Source: a virus
Virus record (IMG/VR): IMGVR_UViG_3300012347_000211
Coordinates: 1-64,000 of that record
DNA: 64,000 nucleotides
Reading direction: 5' to 3' (one strand)
Numbering within the stretch: position 1 is the stretch's first letter; every line of letters starts with the position of its first letter. The notes under the pieces were generated by a model. It worked only from the letters and a program-made list of their open reading frames with translations. It had not been told where the DNA came from and did no database searches. The position numbers and the translations under genes are program-made. Of this stretch, positions 31,278 through 41,430 are shown in pieces.

Positions 31278-31574
31278 ATGACAATAGCATCACAATTAGC
31301 TGACTTCATATCAGCAGCAAACGTAGCTTCTGTAGCCAACGTTGCTACGTTCACGAACGACACATCATTCGGGGCCGACGTTACGTTTTCGAATGGAGCG
31401 ATTGCGGCGAATGGAAGTATCGGCACCGCAGGCCAAGTGCTAGCATCTACCGGCAACGGGACGATGTATTGGACTGATATGTCGGCAGGCGGAAACTCCA
31501 ACTTCTCTGGTTCGTATAACAATCTCACGGACACACCAAACATCATTAGCCCATTCTTGTTGATGGGCGCATAA
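31278..31574 (+). CDS. Short fibre-like structural protein
   Basis: ANGSIGTAGQVLAS..MYW; FSGSYNNLTDTP. Confidence 0.7.
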   Translation: MTIASQLADFISAANVASVANVATFTNDTSFGADVTFSNGAIAANGSIGTAGQVLASTGNGTMYWTDMSAGGNSNFSGSYNNLTDTPNIISPFLLMGA

Positions 31575-31583
31575 GGAATTATA

Positions 31584-31913
31584 ATGGCAGTAACATACAA
31601 AGTTTTAGGACAGGTATCTCCTAGCGCCGACACAAGCACAACTCTCTACACAGCTCCTGCAAACACATCAGCTGTGATTAGTACGATAAATATATGCAAT
31701 CAGGGCGCCAATGATGCTTCTTTCAGAGTTGCAGTTCGTCCTGGTGGCGAAAGTATCGCTTCGAAGCACTACATCGCATACGGAACTACTGTTGGCGCAA
31801 GCGATGCAATTAGTTTGACTATCGGTATCACGCTAGCCGCAACGGATGTAGTGACGGTATATGCAAATGCAACTTCGGTGAGCTTCAACGCATTCGGTTC
31901 AGAATTATCATAA
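31584..31913 (+). CDS. Small beta-sandwich virion protein
   Basis: YKVLGQ..TTLYTAP..STINICN..SFNAFGSE. Confidence 0.7.
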   Translation: MAVTYKVLGQVSPSADTSTTLYTAPANTSAVISTINICNQGANDASFRVAVRPGGESIASKHYIAYGTTVGASDAISLTIGITLAATDVVTVYANATSVSFNAFGSELS

Positions 31914-31920
31914 GGTTACC

Positions 31921-34900
31921 ATGGCTTTAAAATCGTTTTCCAGACAAAATCTTAGAAACAAATCCGCTGTTGCGGCAGTTGTAGGAAGTGCCTCGCTTCC
32001 TGTAATCAATGCGATCGTCATTTGCGATTCAAACTATAACGATCTCGACGACTCTGCTTTGAACCCTGCAGGTGGTTATGCTAAGATTGTAGGAAACAAC
32101 TTTGAAGCTGGCACCATTGCTTACTTTAACGGCACAGTACTGACAACTACGTTTGTGTCGTCTCGCGAGCTGCGCATCCAGACGCCTGTGATTACAACAG
32201 GATCATATAACCTCATGTTGTTCAACTTGAGCAACGGCCAGGGCGCAATCTTCTTGAACCTCAGTGTATCGAACTTCCCAACGATCACCACGTCCGCTAA
32301 TACAGTGCTCGACGAAGAGTATGAGACGAAAGCAATCAGCGCGTCTATTGCTGCTACTGGCGACACTCCAATCACATTCAGTATCGTTCCAGGCGAAGGC
32401 AGCTTGCCAGAAGGCGTTACTCTATCCGCTAACGGAACACTGTCAGGAATTGCCCCTGTAGTTGGATCCACTACAACGTATTCGTTTGTTGTTCAGGCAA
32501 AGGATGCTCAGAAGCAAGACTCCACACGTCAATTCTCATTGACCGTTAAGACAGACGTCGTCGATTGGGTTTCACCAAACGCCGGGGCAACTGTTAGTGC
32601 ATATGAGTACACACCTTTTGCTAACATCGGCCTATCTGCAACGAGCAGAGCAGGATACGGTGTATCATTCTCGTCCAACAATCTTCCAAGTGGTCTGACT
32701 GTAACAGGAAACACTATTGTAGGTACGTCCAATACAGCTGGGTCAACGAACGTATCAATCGTAGCTACATCGAGCAACACAAACAAGACCGCAACACGTA
32801 ATATCAATGTAGTTGTCAATCCAGACGTCGTGTCATGGAGTTCTCCAGCGAATAACGCTGTGATCAGTGCGTATGAATACACTGCGTTCTCCCCAACATC
32901 GCTGAGCGCTACCAGCGCTGCAGGATTTGATGTCACATACGATGTTGATCAGCTACCTGCTGGATTGTCTGTGGACGGCGACTTCATTACCGGCACATCG
33001 AACGTTGTTGGCAACACAGCAACCACGCTCACTGCAACTGCTAATACCACAAACAGGAACGCTACTCGCAACGTCCAATTTGTAGTCAATCCCGATGCTG
33101 TTACATTCAGCAGCCCTACTCCAGGATCTGTGTTTACAGCTTATGAATATACGCCATTTGCTAACGTCACTTTATCAGCCACCAGTGCTGCTGGGTTCAA
33201 CGTAAGCTATGATGTAGGAACGCTGCCTGCGGGACTGTCCGTCACAGGGAATACAATTTCCGGAACGTCGAACGTAGCTGGTAATACCACTACAACTATC
33301 ACAGCCACAGCGAACACCACAGGACGAACAGCGACAAGCAACGTTGAATTTGTAGTTGCTGAAGACGTTGTTACTTGGAGTTCGCCTGCCAATGGCGCAA
33401 CAATCAGCACAACAACCAATCAGCCTATATCTAACGTAGCGCTAGTTGCCAACAGTGCAGCAGGGTTCGGGGTTACATACACGGCTAACGGACTACCTAC
33501 AGGAGTCACACTAGCCAATGGCGTAATCTCCGGTACCCCTACCGTGTCTGGCGAGAACCCCAACACAACTCTTGTCGCCACTGCTAGCACTACTGGCAGA
33601 ACTGCGACCAGGTATATCTACTGGACTATTAATATCTCAGGCGATTCGTTCTGGAAAAATGTGGGGTTGTTGCTAGGAGGCACAGATAGCACATCAGCCA
33701 AACCATTCATCCACGACGATAGTGTAAACAACACAACATTAATGGTTGCAGGTGATATAAAACCAAGTAATTTTAGTCCTTACGAAGGCAATGGCTACTA
33801 CAGCGTCAGCCACTCTGGCACACCAGATTATATCAGCGTACCTCATAACTCTAACTTCAGCCTGACGAGCGGCCAGACGGATACGCTCATCGTAGAAGGA
33901 TGGTTCTACTTTAATGCAGTGACTGCACAAACGTCTCTGTTTGACAAGTCGGGAGTATCTGGAACATCGTTTGCTAACTGGACGGTCTTCTTGAATGCAA
34001 GCAAACAAGTTACTTTACAGTGGGGTGTATCAGGTAGCCCAGGAACGAGCACCGTCGGACTGCTCAATTCCACAACCGTTCCGGTTGTCGGAAAGTGGTA
34101 TCATATTGCGTTTGTAAAATCGAATGCGGATTGGGCAGTGTTTGTTGACGGCACAAGAGTCATTACTTACAACGGACTGAATACAGCTGGGGATGCAAAC
34201 CCATCTGCACTGAGAATCGGATATGGTATCCAAGGTGGATCCAATGGCGCACACTTCAACGGTCATATCTCCAATGTCCGTGCATGGAGAGGAACAAGCG
34301 GCGCTCCATATTCCGCAACATCGGCGACACTAGCTGTACCAACTAGTCCATTGACTGCGATTGCAGGCACAATTTTGCTTTCACACCAGAGCGCAAGATT
34401 GGTGGATGTGTCCAGTGCGCCTGCAACACTGACATTGACCGGCGCAAACCTCAAGGTTTCACAAGCAATACCATTCACAAGTAACCCATCAACGTCCACA
34501 CTAGGCTCAGCATATTTCGATGGTAGTGGGGATTATCTAAGTGTACCCAGCTCTTCTTCTCCTGCATTTGGTACTGGGGATTTTACAGTGCAATTTTGGG
34601 TGTATCCAACTGTAAATGCAAGGCAAGATTGGTTCGACTGTAACACCAATTCGCCTAGATTATTGATTTATTACAATGGTACTAACATTGTATACTATTC
34701 CACTTCCAATAGAATAACAGGCGGTGCAATGGTTTTAAATACCTGGCAACATATTGCTCTTTCGAGAGCATCAGGCTCCACTAGACTGTTTATTAATGGC
34801 CAACAGACCGGTAATACTTTTCCAGATACTATAAATTATACATCTTCCGAGATTGTGTTGGGTAAAGACTCCGCCGGTTCGACTCACATCACTGGGTTCA

Positions 34901-36957
34901 TGTCTGATGTGCATGTGGTTAAAGGTACAGCCCTATACACTGCAGGGTTCCCAGTGCCAACGAGCCCATTAACAGCAGTATCAAACACAAGTCTGCTAAC
35001 ATTACAATACAACGGCGGCGCGACCAATAATGGTTTTGTGGATCAGAGCGGGTTCAACAATATCATTACTAGAAATGGTAACCCTACACAAGGTACGTTT
35101 AGTCCATATAGCCAAACTGGATGGAGTAATTATTATCCTGCGCTGGCGCACAGCACATACGCAGCAAACCCAATAACGAGTTTTGGCACTGGCGCGACTT
35201 TCACAGTAGAAGGTTGGGTGAACATGGCCGTATATCCAGCAACTAACTATCACTTCAGTCTACTAGCAAGTTGCGACCAAGGTACTGCGACATATTGGGC
35301 AATTGGCATCGGATCGACCGGACTCGCAACAGTGTACTGGTATGACGGCAACGCCAAACAATGTACAGGATCAACAACGCTGGTCCGAGGAGAGTGGTAT
35401 CATGTTGCTGTGGTAGTAACATCCGGAGTCGTTAAAATATTCGTCAATGGTAATGTAGAGACACTGAGTGGTACTACGACACTCACTAACCCGACTGGTA
35501 ACGCATCATATACGACTGGAACTGAACGTGGCGCCAGCAACGGTGGTTCTGCTGGCCACATCTCGAATCTGAGAATGTGTACTGCTGCAGCTTATAGCGT
35601 TGCATTTACGCCAAGTACATCTCCACTAACATCGCTGATCAATGGTTCTATCAACTCAACATTGTTAACCGCACAGAGTAACAGATTTGTCGATAACTCG
35701 AATAGCGCACGCACCATAACCTTAGGATCTACAAGACCAACTGTTCAGGCATATAGTCCATTCGGCGGTATAGGATACGATTTGAGTGTGAATGGAGGTT
35801 CGGTGTACTTCGACGGTACGGGAGATTATCTAAGTACCGCAACCGGACTGACCCACACCGACCTAACACAAGGCGACTTCACAATTGAGGCTTGGGTATA
35901 CAACATGGGCGCTGGCGCAGAGCGTTACATATACAGCCAACGTGGTGCAAGTTCCGGCTGGGAAATGCGTATCAACTCTACTAATACCTTATCGTTCTTC
36001 TATGTGACTGGTACGACTTTCACGAGTGCCAAAACAATTCCTCCTAACGCATGGACGCACGTCGCTGCGGTTAGAATTGGAACAGCATTGTCGATGTATA
36101 TTAATGGCGAGAAAGATAACACAGGATCGGGTACTATATCGAACGGCACAGTTGCGTCGGGATCCTATGGCGTTTGGCTGGGTAACAGTACATCAGCAGG
36201 TGGTGGGCTAATGCTAGGACACATCGCCGATGCTCGCTTGATCAAAGGTACCGGAATATACACATCGAACTTCCCACCACCTACATCTGCACTTTCCGCA
36301 GTCCCAGGAACAACGTATCTGGTGAACGGCACCAGTGGTGGTATCATTGACTATCACGGCAGCAACAACTTAGAAACGGTAGGCAACACACAACTCAGCT
36401 CGAGAAGTCCATATTCAGGTGCATCAGCAGGAAAGAGTTTGTATTTTGATGGTACTGGTGATAGTTTGAAAATAATTGATAATCCAATCATAAATTTTGG
36501 CTCAGGTGATTTTACAATAGAGTGCTGGGTTTATTTTAATGTGGTAAATGCACAGATGACTATTATCAATAAGGGTTGGAATAGTTCATCACCATATGCA
36601 TCATATTTGATTTGGATGACTAGTGCTGGCTCGTTGAACTTCTTAGCAAGTTCTAACGGCAGCGCTTGGAATATTGCTAATGAAAGAGTAATAGGTACGA
36701 TGACCGCCGGTGTTTGGACACACATTGCAGTGACTAGAACCGGAACAACATTCAGAGCATTTGTCAATGGAGTAATTAATGATGCATTTACATTTACTTC
36801 TTCGGCATCTTTGGCCAATATACCAGCACAAACTTTGTTTATAGGTGACAGGACAAATGGTGATACTAGTATGAATGGATATATCAAAGACCTAAGAATC
36901 ACTAAAGGCGTTGCAAGGACAATTACAGTACCCAATGCGCCACTTCCATTGAAGTAA
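31921..36957 (+). CDS. Large adhesin: Ig-like repeats plus five LamG/ConA-like lectin domains
   Basis: Repeats DVV.W.SP..LP.GL.V.G..I.GT; YFDG.GDYL..DFT(I/V)E.WV..W.H.A..G.I.D.R. Confidence 0.85.
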   Translation: MALKSFSRQNLRNKSAVAAVVGSASLPVINAIVICDSNYNDLDDSALNPAGGYAKIVGNNFEAGTIAYFNGTVLTTTFVSSRELRIQTPVITTGSYNLMLFNLSNGQGAIFLNLSVSNFPTITTSANTVLDEEYETKAISASIAATGDTPITFSIVPGEGSLPEGVTLSANGTLSGIAPVVGSTTTYSFVVQAKDAQKQDSTRQFSLTVKTDVVDWVSPNAGATVSAYEYTPFANIGLSATSRAGYGVSFSSNNLPSGLTVTGNTIVGTSNTAGSTNVSIVATSSNTNKTATRNINVVVNPDVVSWSSPANNAVISAYEYTAFSPTSLSATSAAGFDVTYDVDQLPAGLSVDGDFITGTSNVVGNTATTLTATANTTNRNATRNVQFVVNPDAVTFSSPTPGSVFTAYEYTPFANVTLSATSAAGFNVSYDVGTLPAGLSVTGNTISGTSNVAGNTTTTITATANTTGRTATSNVEFVVAEDVVTWSSPANGATISTTTNQPISNVALVANSAAGFGVTYTANGLPTGVTLANGVISGTPTVSGENPNTTLVATASTTGRTATRYIYWTINISGDSFWKNVGLLLGGTDSTSAKPFIHDDSVNNTTLMVAGDIKPSNFSPYEGNGYYSVSHSGTPDYISVPHNSNFSLTSGQTDTLIVEGWFYFNAVTAQTSLFDKSGVSGTSFANWTVFLNASKQVTLQWGVSGSPGTSTVGLLNSTTVPVVGKWYHIAFVKSNADWAVFVDGTRVITYNGLNTAGDANPSALRIGYGIQGGSNGAHFNGHISNVRAWRGTSGAPYSATSATLAVPTSPLTAIAGTILLSHQSARLVDVSSAPATLTLTGANLKVSQAIPFTSNPSTSTLGSAYFDGSGDYLSVPSSSSPAFGTGDFTVQFWVYPTVNARQDWFDCNTNSPRLLIYYNGTNIVYYSTSNRITGGAMVLNTWQHIALSRASGSTRLFINGQQTGNTFPDTINYTSSEIVLGKDSAGSTHITGFMSDVHVVKGTALYTAGFPVPTSPLTAVSNTSLLTLQYNGGATNNGFVDQSGFNNIITRNGNPTQGTFSPYSQTGWSNYYPALAHSTYAANPITSFGTGATFTVEGWVNMAVYPATNYHFSLLASCDQGTATYWAIGIGSTGLATVYWYDGNAKQCTGSTTLVRGEWYHVAVVVTSGVVKIFVNGNVETLSGTTTLTNPTGNASYTTGTERGASNGGSAGHISNLRMCTAAAYSVAFTPSTSPLTSLINGSINSTLLTAQSNRFVDNSNSARTITLGSTRPTVQAYSPFGGIGYDLSVNGGSVYFDGTGDYLSTATGLTHTDLTQGDFTIEAWVYNMGAGAERYIYSQRGASSGWEMRINSTNTLSFFYVTGTTFTSAKTIPPNAWTHVAAVRIGTALSMYINGEKDNTGSGTISNGTVASGSYGVWLGNSTSAGGGLMLGHIADARLIKGTGIYTSNFPPPTSALSAVPGTTYLVNGTSGGIIDYHGSNNLETVGNTQLSSRSPYSGASAGKSLYFDGTGDSLKIIDNPIINFGSGDFTIECWVYFNVVNAQMTIINKGWNSSSPYASYLIWMTSAGSLNFLASSNGSAWNIANERVIGTMTAGVWTHIAVTRTGTTFRAFVNGVINDAFTFTSSASLANIPAQTLFIGDRTNGDTSMNGYIKDLRITKGVARTITVPNAPLPLK

Positions 36958-36984
36958 AAAAAAAGGGGGCCTAGGCCCCCTTTA
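36956..36984. terminator. Bidirectional intrinsic terminator between convergent blocks
   Basis: A-tract + GGGGGCCTAGGCCCCC + TTTATT. Confidence 0.85.
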
Positions 36985-36997
36985 TTCGTTCCGGCTA

Positions 36998-37510
36998 TTA
37001 TCTCGATCCATACCTACCCTCGTTTCGAAGAATTGTACCGAGCATCATCAGAGTGTTCTGAACATCCTTATGATGAATTGCGTGACCGCCAGCCGCAATA
37101 AATGACTGTATCACGTCATACGTATCATCGATCAGGATAGTTTCTGGTGAGGCAAAACCAGCCTTCAGCTTACGACCAGCAACGATGTTTGCTTTGTATG
37201 GAAGGTCCTTCTTACGCAACCATTCCATCTTCTGCGACGTTACCATATCGTGGAAGTCAGATCCGCCAGATGAAGACAGGATCTCGATCTTGTAGTACCC
37301 ATCAAGAGTAGCCATTGTGTCGATCAGCTTCTGAGCCTCTGGCCACAAATCAAGATCAGCAAAGTTACGACCCTCAACGAAGTTCTTCCAGTTTGAGCGG
37401 AAGTCTCTGCGGTCACGCATTGATCCTGGCAGCACGCCATACAGTTCAAAATAACGGCGATCGAAGTTTGTCAATACGCCGTCCATATCAAAATAAATTG
37501 TCTTAATCAT
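36998..37510 (-). CDS. HAD 5'(3')-deoxyribonucleotidase-like protein
   Basis: IYFDMDGVL, ILSS, K..WL, ILIDD, AGG.AIHH. Confidence 0.85.
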   Translation of the reverse strand: MIKTIYFDMDGVLTNFDRRYFELYGVLPGSMRDRRDFRSNWKNFVEGRNFADLDLWPEAQKLIDTMATLDGYYKIEILSSSGGSDFHDMVTSQKMEWLRKKDLPYKANIVAGRKLKAGFASPETILIDDTYDVIQSFIAAGGHAIHHKDVQNTLMMLGTILRNEGRYGSR

Positions 37511-37946
37511 TTCCAAAAGGCCATTTCTTGGACGTAGCGATCGGCTGCTCCTCTTCAGGCTCAGACGAATCATCATCGTCTAGTTGTTCAATTTCAAGCG
37601 GTCCGGCGAATACAATTTCTGTATCTGTATGCTGCCAACCAATGGCGCCTAGACCCTCATACCAATCATCTTCCCATTGCTGTAAGAAGAGACCGATCTC
37701 ATCCTCTGAAAGAGAGCCGAAGTCCCACTCTTCCCAGCAACTATCCTCATAGCACTGATCTTCAATATCGAAGTCAGTGACGACCAGACTATCGTTTTTC
37801 TCGGGCTCCTCAATTTCAGGATCCTCACCAACAACGACCCAGCCCCAACGGAAGCTCGTTGTATGAGTGATTGTATTGCCATCTTTTGAGAAGGTTTCAG
37901 TCTCGCGGACATTCTTCTTCTCGTTCGTTGAAATTTTCCAGCTCAT
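37503..37946 (-). CDS. Very acidic hypothetical protein
   Basis: D/E-rich; ends KKWPF. Confidence 0.75.
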   Translation of the reverse strand: MSWKISTNEKKNVRETETFSKDGNTITHTTSFRWGWVVVGEDPEIEEPEKNDSLVVTDFDIEDQCYEDSCWEEWDFGSLSEDEIGLFLQQWEDDWYEGLGAIGWQHTDTEIVFAGPLEIEQLDDDDSSEPEEEQPIATSKKWPFGND

Positions 37947-37947
37947 A

Positions 37948-38868
37948 TTAGACATCCATAAACTTTAATTCAAACTTGTCTGCACGGTCTTCGTATTGAA
38001 TGTATCCACGCGGATTACACACCACTCGGCATGAACCAATCACATAGTCGTATACGTCGTGTGTATGGCCGTGTGTCCACAGTTTAATCTGTGGGTGGTC
38101 GAGCATAAACTCAGACAGATCTGAACTGTATGCACCATTGACGATTACATCTCGTTCATATTGTGGTTTCGTTGACAGCTTGCTTGGAGCATGGTGTCCA
38201 ACAACAACGAACTTATTGAACGGATTGGTTGCAATGGTGGATTCCAGGAACGCCATCATCTTCTTGTGATCTTCCACCGACTTCTCTGGTGAGAACTTGG
38301 CAGGACGAGTCTTGAATTCAACATACACTCGGTCTTCTGGTGGAAGAGCGATCCATTCTTCATCAGTCATGCCGACAGTTTTCATTCTGTCGTGGTACAC
38401 TCTGTAGTTCACAACCTCAGATGTGTCTTCAATGATTTTGTAGTCATTCATGTAACCCTTGATCCCATGGATCGTGACGGGGTCTTCTTTGTTCATGTTG
38501 GTCCACAACGTACCACCAACAAATGTAACGTCTTGCAGCTGGATCACTTCCTTGTCGAGGATGTGCAGGTTCTTCAAGTACCCGAGCTTTTCCTTCATGC
38601 GAGGGATCGTCTTCGTGTAGTCGCCATGATAGTGTTCATGGTTGCCAGCAATGTAGATCACATGAGGAAAGCGTGCACTACACTCTTGGAAGAATGTGTG
38701 GTACATGTCGCTACGCTTATGTGAGACAACACCGTACAGATCACGATCCATCAAATCATTAACGACACAGATGTCGCCCGACAAGATCAACACGTCAGCG
38801 TTCTCTGTATTCTCCAGCGAGATTGTTCCGAACTCTAAGTGAAGGTCCGAACATAGTGCAATTTTCAT
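37948..38868 (-). CDS. Calcineurin-like metallophosphoesterase
   Basis: SDLH, GD, GNHE, HHAP, HGHTH, NPRGY. Confidence 0.92.
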   Translation of the reverse strand: MKIALCSDLHLEFGTISLENTENADVLILSGDICVVNDLMDRDLYGVVSHKRSDMYHTFFQECSARFPHVIYIAGNHEHYHGDYTKTIPRMKEKLGYLKNLHILDKEVIQLQDVTFVGGTLWTNMNKEDPVTIHGIKGYMNDYKIIEDTSEVVNYRVYHDRMKTVGMTDEEWIALPPEDRVYVEFKTRPAKFSPEKSVEDHKKMMAFLESTIATNPFNKFVVVGHHAPSKLSTKPQYERDVIVNGAYSSDLSEFMLDHPQIKLWTHGHTHDVYDYVIGSCRVVCNPRGYIQYEDRADKFELKFMDV

Positions 38869-39002
38869 TTCACGCTCCAGTTATTCCAAATGTACTTGAT
38901 CTGCCACCACGCCATGCGTGTGAATTGATAGATTGGCGCTCCGAAGAAGCCAATAGCAACGCCGATTATAAAGTATTCCAAACCAATAGTAAACTCATGC
39001 AT
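38865..39002 (-). CDS. Small membrane protein (45 aa, not in ORF track)
   Basis: MHEFTIGLEYFIIGVAIGFFGAP... Confidence 0.55.
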   Translation of the reverse strand: MHEFTIGLEYFIIGVAIGFFGAPIYQFTRMAWWQIKYIWNNWSVK

Positions 39003-39003
39003 A

Positions 39004-39585
39004 TCAATATTTCTTTCTCTTATAATTTTTAGCCAGCATCATATCATGGGTGGACTCTGGCGAACGTCCTGAATAGTATCCAGCAGGTGGCTTAATTCCT
39101 GCAGGCAGAAGCACCTCGTCTCCAGTGTATGGATCATGGTGCCATTTGTGGTTTAGTTTTGACTGAATCCCTTTGCGGGCCATTGCAGTCTGCAAGTTGG
39201 CGATGATCGATCGCTTCTTGCCCTTGTTGTTTGACGGCTTGCGTCTCTTTGCTGCAGCCATCTTTGCACGAGTCTCTTCGGACAGCTTGCGGCCACTTAA
39301 TGTGTTGGATGTTCGCTGATGACTCAGCTTGCGTGCATCTTCGGACAGTATATGAATCCCGAACGGCTTATGTGGTTCAGGGACAGGTTCCGTTTCATCT
39401 ACAACAGACGTGACGTTGTATTGTTTGAGTGCTCGCTCGAACTGTTTGCTCTGTAACGCCTCTCGAGCAGAGTACGATGCAATCAGTTCCATATCCTGCG
39501 AACGTAGGTTGTGCTTCTTGCGGAAAGCGACGTCGCTTTCTTCAGATATATGAGCGACACCCTTTACAACAAACACACGGAACAT
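39004..39585 (-). CDS. NUMOD3-repeat DNA-binding protein (homing-endonuclease-derived, nuclease motif not seen)
   Basis: GRKLSEETRAKM, NKGKKRS, KW..D...E...P.GY..GR. Confidence 0.7.
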   Translation of the reverse strand: MFRVFVVKGVAHISEESDVAFRKKHNLRSQDMELIASYSAREALQSKQFERALKQYNVTSVVDETEPVPEPHKPFGIHILSEDARKLSHQRTSNTLSGRKLSEETRAKMAAAKRRKPSNNKGKKRSIIANLQTAMARKGIQSKLNHKWHHDPYTGDEVLLPAGIKPPAGYYSGRSPESTHDMMLAKNYKRKKY

Positions 39586-39586
39586 A

Positions 39587-39954
39587 TTACTCCGTCAGCA
39601 TTAACTCGAAGTCATCGAGCAAATCATAATCTGTTGATTGCTGGATCTCGAGAAAGTAATCTCGCATTTCGTCTTCGGTTGGATTGGTCGCTCTAAAGTT
39701 ATGGATCAATCGCTCAATAATAATTTCACGTATCGTTTTCATTTTGCCATTATATGTTTGAGTAGGATTTTAGACTCTTTCATTTGCGGATATCTGTCGA
39801 GCACTTGTTCGATCAGATCATAAGACTTACAGATAAAAATCGCACGAATGTACATCATCTCGTGCGGTTCAAGAGAATCGAACAGAGATAGATCTGCGGC
39901 GTACGCCTCAAGAGGCATACCATAAATTTCGTGTGGTAGTTCATCCATACGCAT
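39587..39954 (-). CDS. Two small hypothetical proteins (39587-39742, 39739-39954)
   Basis: First read manually as MKTIREIIIERL... Confidence 0.6.
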
Positions 39955-39956
39955 AT

Positions 39957-40457
39957 TTATTGGCCCACATCTATCCCTAATTCTTCACACACAATGATGG
40001 CTAGGATATCTTGGCGTTCATATGCTTCGATCTCCCACGGTTGTTTCAGGTAGCTGTTGAGTGTCTTGCCTTTATTAGCAATCAACTCACCATCCCACTG
40101 ATGCAACCAATTCTTTTTCTTCTTCTCATACACTGCCTGCAGACGACCTTGGTAGTATTGCTCAGCGTGTACCATCTCGTGTGCTAATGTTCCCAACAAT
40201 GGAAACACACAACGACGAGGGTCGATAATTGCCATCTCCTCGTCGCTATCGTATAGTCCGGCAATCGACTTGGCCCGGATAGGCTTCATCATCACACGAA
40301 AGCTAAGCGGAACGTCTAGCTCTTTTCTCAAGATCGGTACAGCAGATGCTAACAACCTTGCCATCTTATCAAAATCATAGACCTGATAAGCCTTGTTGTA
40401 AAACAAGTAATCTGGAGCTAAGACGTCCATGCCATAAAGGCGGTGACGTGCTCGCAT
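39957..40457 (-). CDS. Zincin-like metalloprotein
   Basis: TLAHEMVHAEQY..QPWEIEA. Confidence 0.75.
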   Translation of the reverse strand: MRARHRLYGMDVLAPDYLFYNKAYQVYDFDKMARLLASAVPILRKELDVPLSFRVMMKPIRAKSIAGLYDSDEEMAIIDPRRCVFPLLGTLAHEMVHAEQYYQGRLQAVYEKKKKNWLHQWDGELIANKGKTLNSYLKQPWEIEAYERQDILAIIVCEELGIDVGQ

Positions 40458-40678
40458 TACTTAGTGAATACGCGCTTGGTGTAGTAGTAGCTGTTCGGGT
40501 ATGTCAGGCCGAGCTGCTCTTGCAACGCCTTCAACACTTCAGTCTCCGTCTTGTTCGCACTACGCATTGTAGTGATCAAATCCAAAGCACGTTGCTTCTT
40601 TGTGTTGTCACGCTTCTTGACAGCTTTGACTTCTGGAGTTGCGATGGTATCCATAATAAATTTCCTAATGTTTAACAA
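40457..40678 (-). CDS. Small basic hypothetical protein
   Basis: First ORF after the promoter at 40704-40732. Confidence 0.7.
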   Translation of the reverse strand: MLNIRKFIMDTIATPEVKAVKKRDNTKKQRALDLITTMRSANKTETEVLKALQEQLGLTYPNSYYYTKRVFTK

Positions 40679-40703
40679 TTAAAAATGGTTATACTGTGAT
40701 ATG

Positions 40704-40732
40704 AGTATAACCGATCAAGATTAGCTAGTCAA
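40704..40732 (-). promoter_or_regulatory. Sigma70-type early promoter
   Basis: gTTGACT-17 bp-TATACT. Confidence 0.85.
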
Positions 40733-41430
40733 CGGACTGTTACTTGGCCAATCACAGCATCAGGTTTAGCCAATGCCTCATCACGACGACGTTTGTAATC
40801 TTCGTTATCGACGTTCATCAAGCTGATCGTGTCGCCGCTTTTGGCGGAAGGCTCTGGCTTGATGGTTTCACCTTTCAGTTCGCTCTCAAACTTATCGAGG
40901 CGGCGATCTGTAGTCATGCGGCGCTTAGCAGCTTCTTGAGCTTGCAGCAAGTTGTTGTCGTATGCATAACGAACCAGCACGTATGCTCGGAACTTGTTGC
41001 CTTCACGGTATACCTCTGACTTCACTCGAGTGACGCCCACGAGGTTGACGTTCTTCGATGTAGCGATTGTCAGTCGTTCGAACTGCTTGTTGCCTGTGTC
41101 CGACTTGGCATAGTTCGTTTCGGTAGCAGACTCACGAACCTTTTGATTGATATCGTTGTTGACCTTGAACGCGATCTCACGTTTGGCGGAGAATGCTGCT
41201 TTGTCTAAAGCAAGCTGAAGGTCTGTTGAGGACTCAGTAGCAGCTGCGTACATTGCATTTTCCTCGGAAGGAATATCAACATACCATGCAGGGAACTCTA
41301 CTTTGTCTTGTCGAGCTACCTCTGCTGTTGCAGTACCGGTTGCTACCTTCGGCAACTCCGTCTTGCCGACACGAGTTGTACTGCAAGCGGTCAGGGCCAA
41401 TGCAGCAATCAAAATCAATACGCGTTTCAT
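40729..41430 (-). CDS. LPP20-like lipoprotein
   Basis: Lipobox LTAC; PAWY; DLQLA.DKA...AK.EIA. Confidence 0.8.
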   Translation of the reverse strand: MKRVLILIAALALTACSTTRVGKTELPKVATGTATAEVARQDKVEFPAWYVDIPSEENAMYAAATESSTDLQLALDKAAFSAKREIAFKVNNDINQKVRESATETNYAKSDTGNKQFERLTIATSKNVNLVGVTRVKSEVYREGNKFRAYVLVRYAYDNNLLQAQEAAKRRMTTDRRLDKFESELKGETIKPEPSAKSGDTISLMNVDNEDYKRRRDEALAKPDAVIGQVTVR

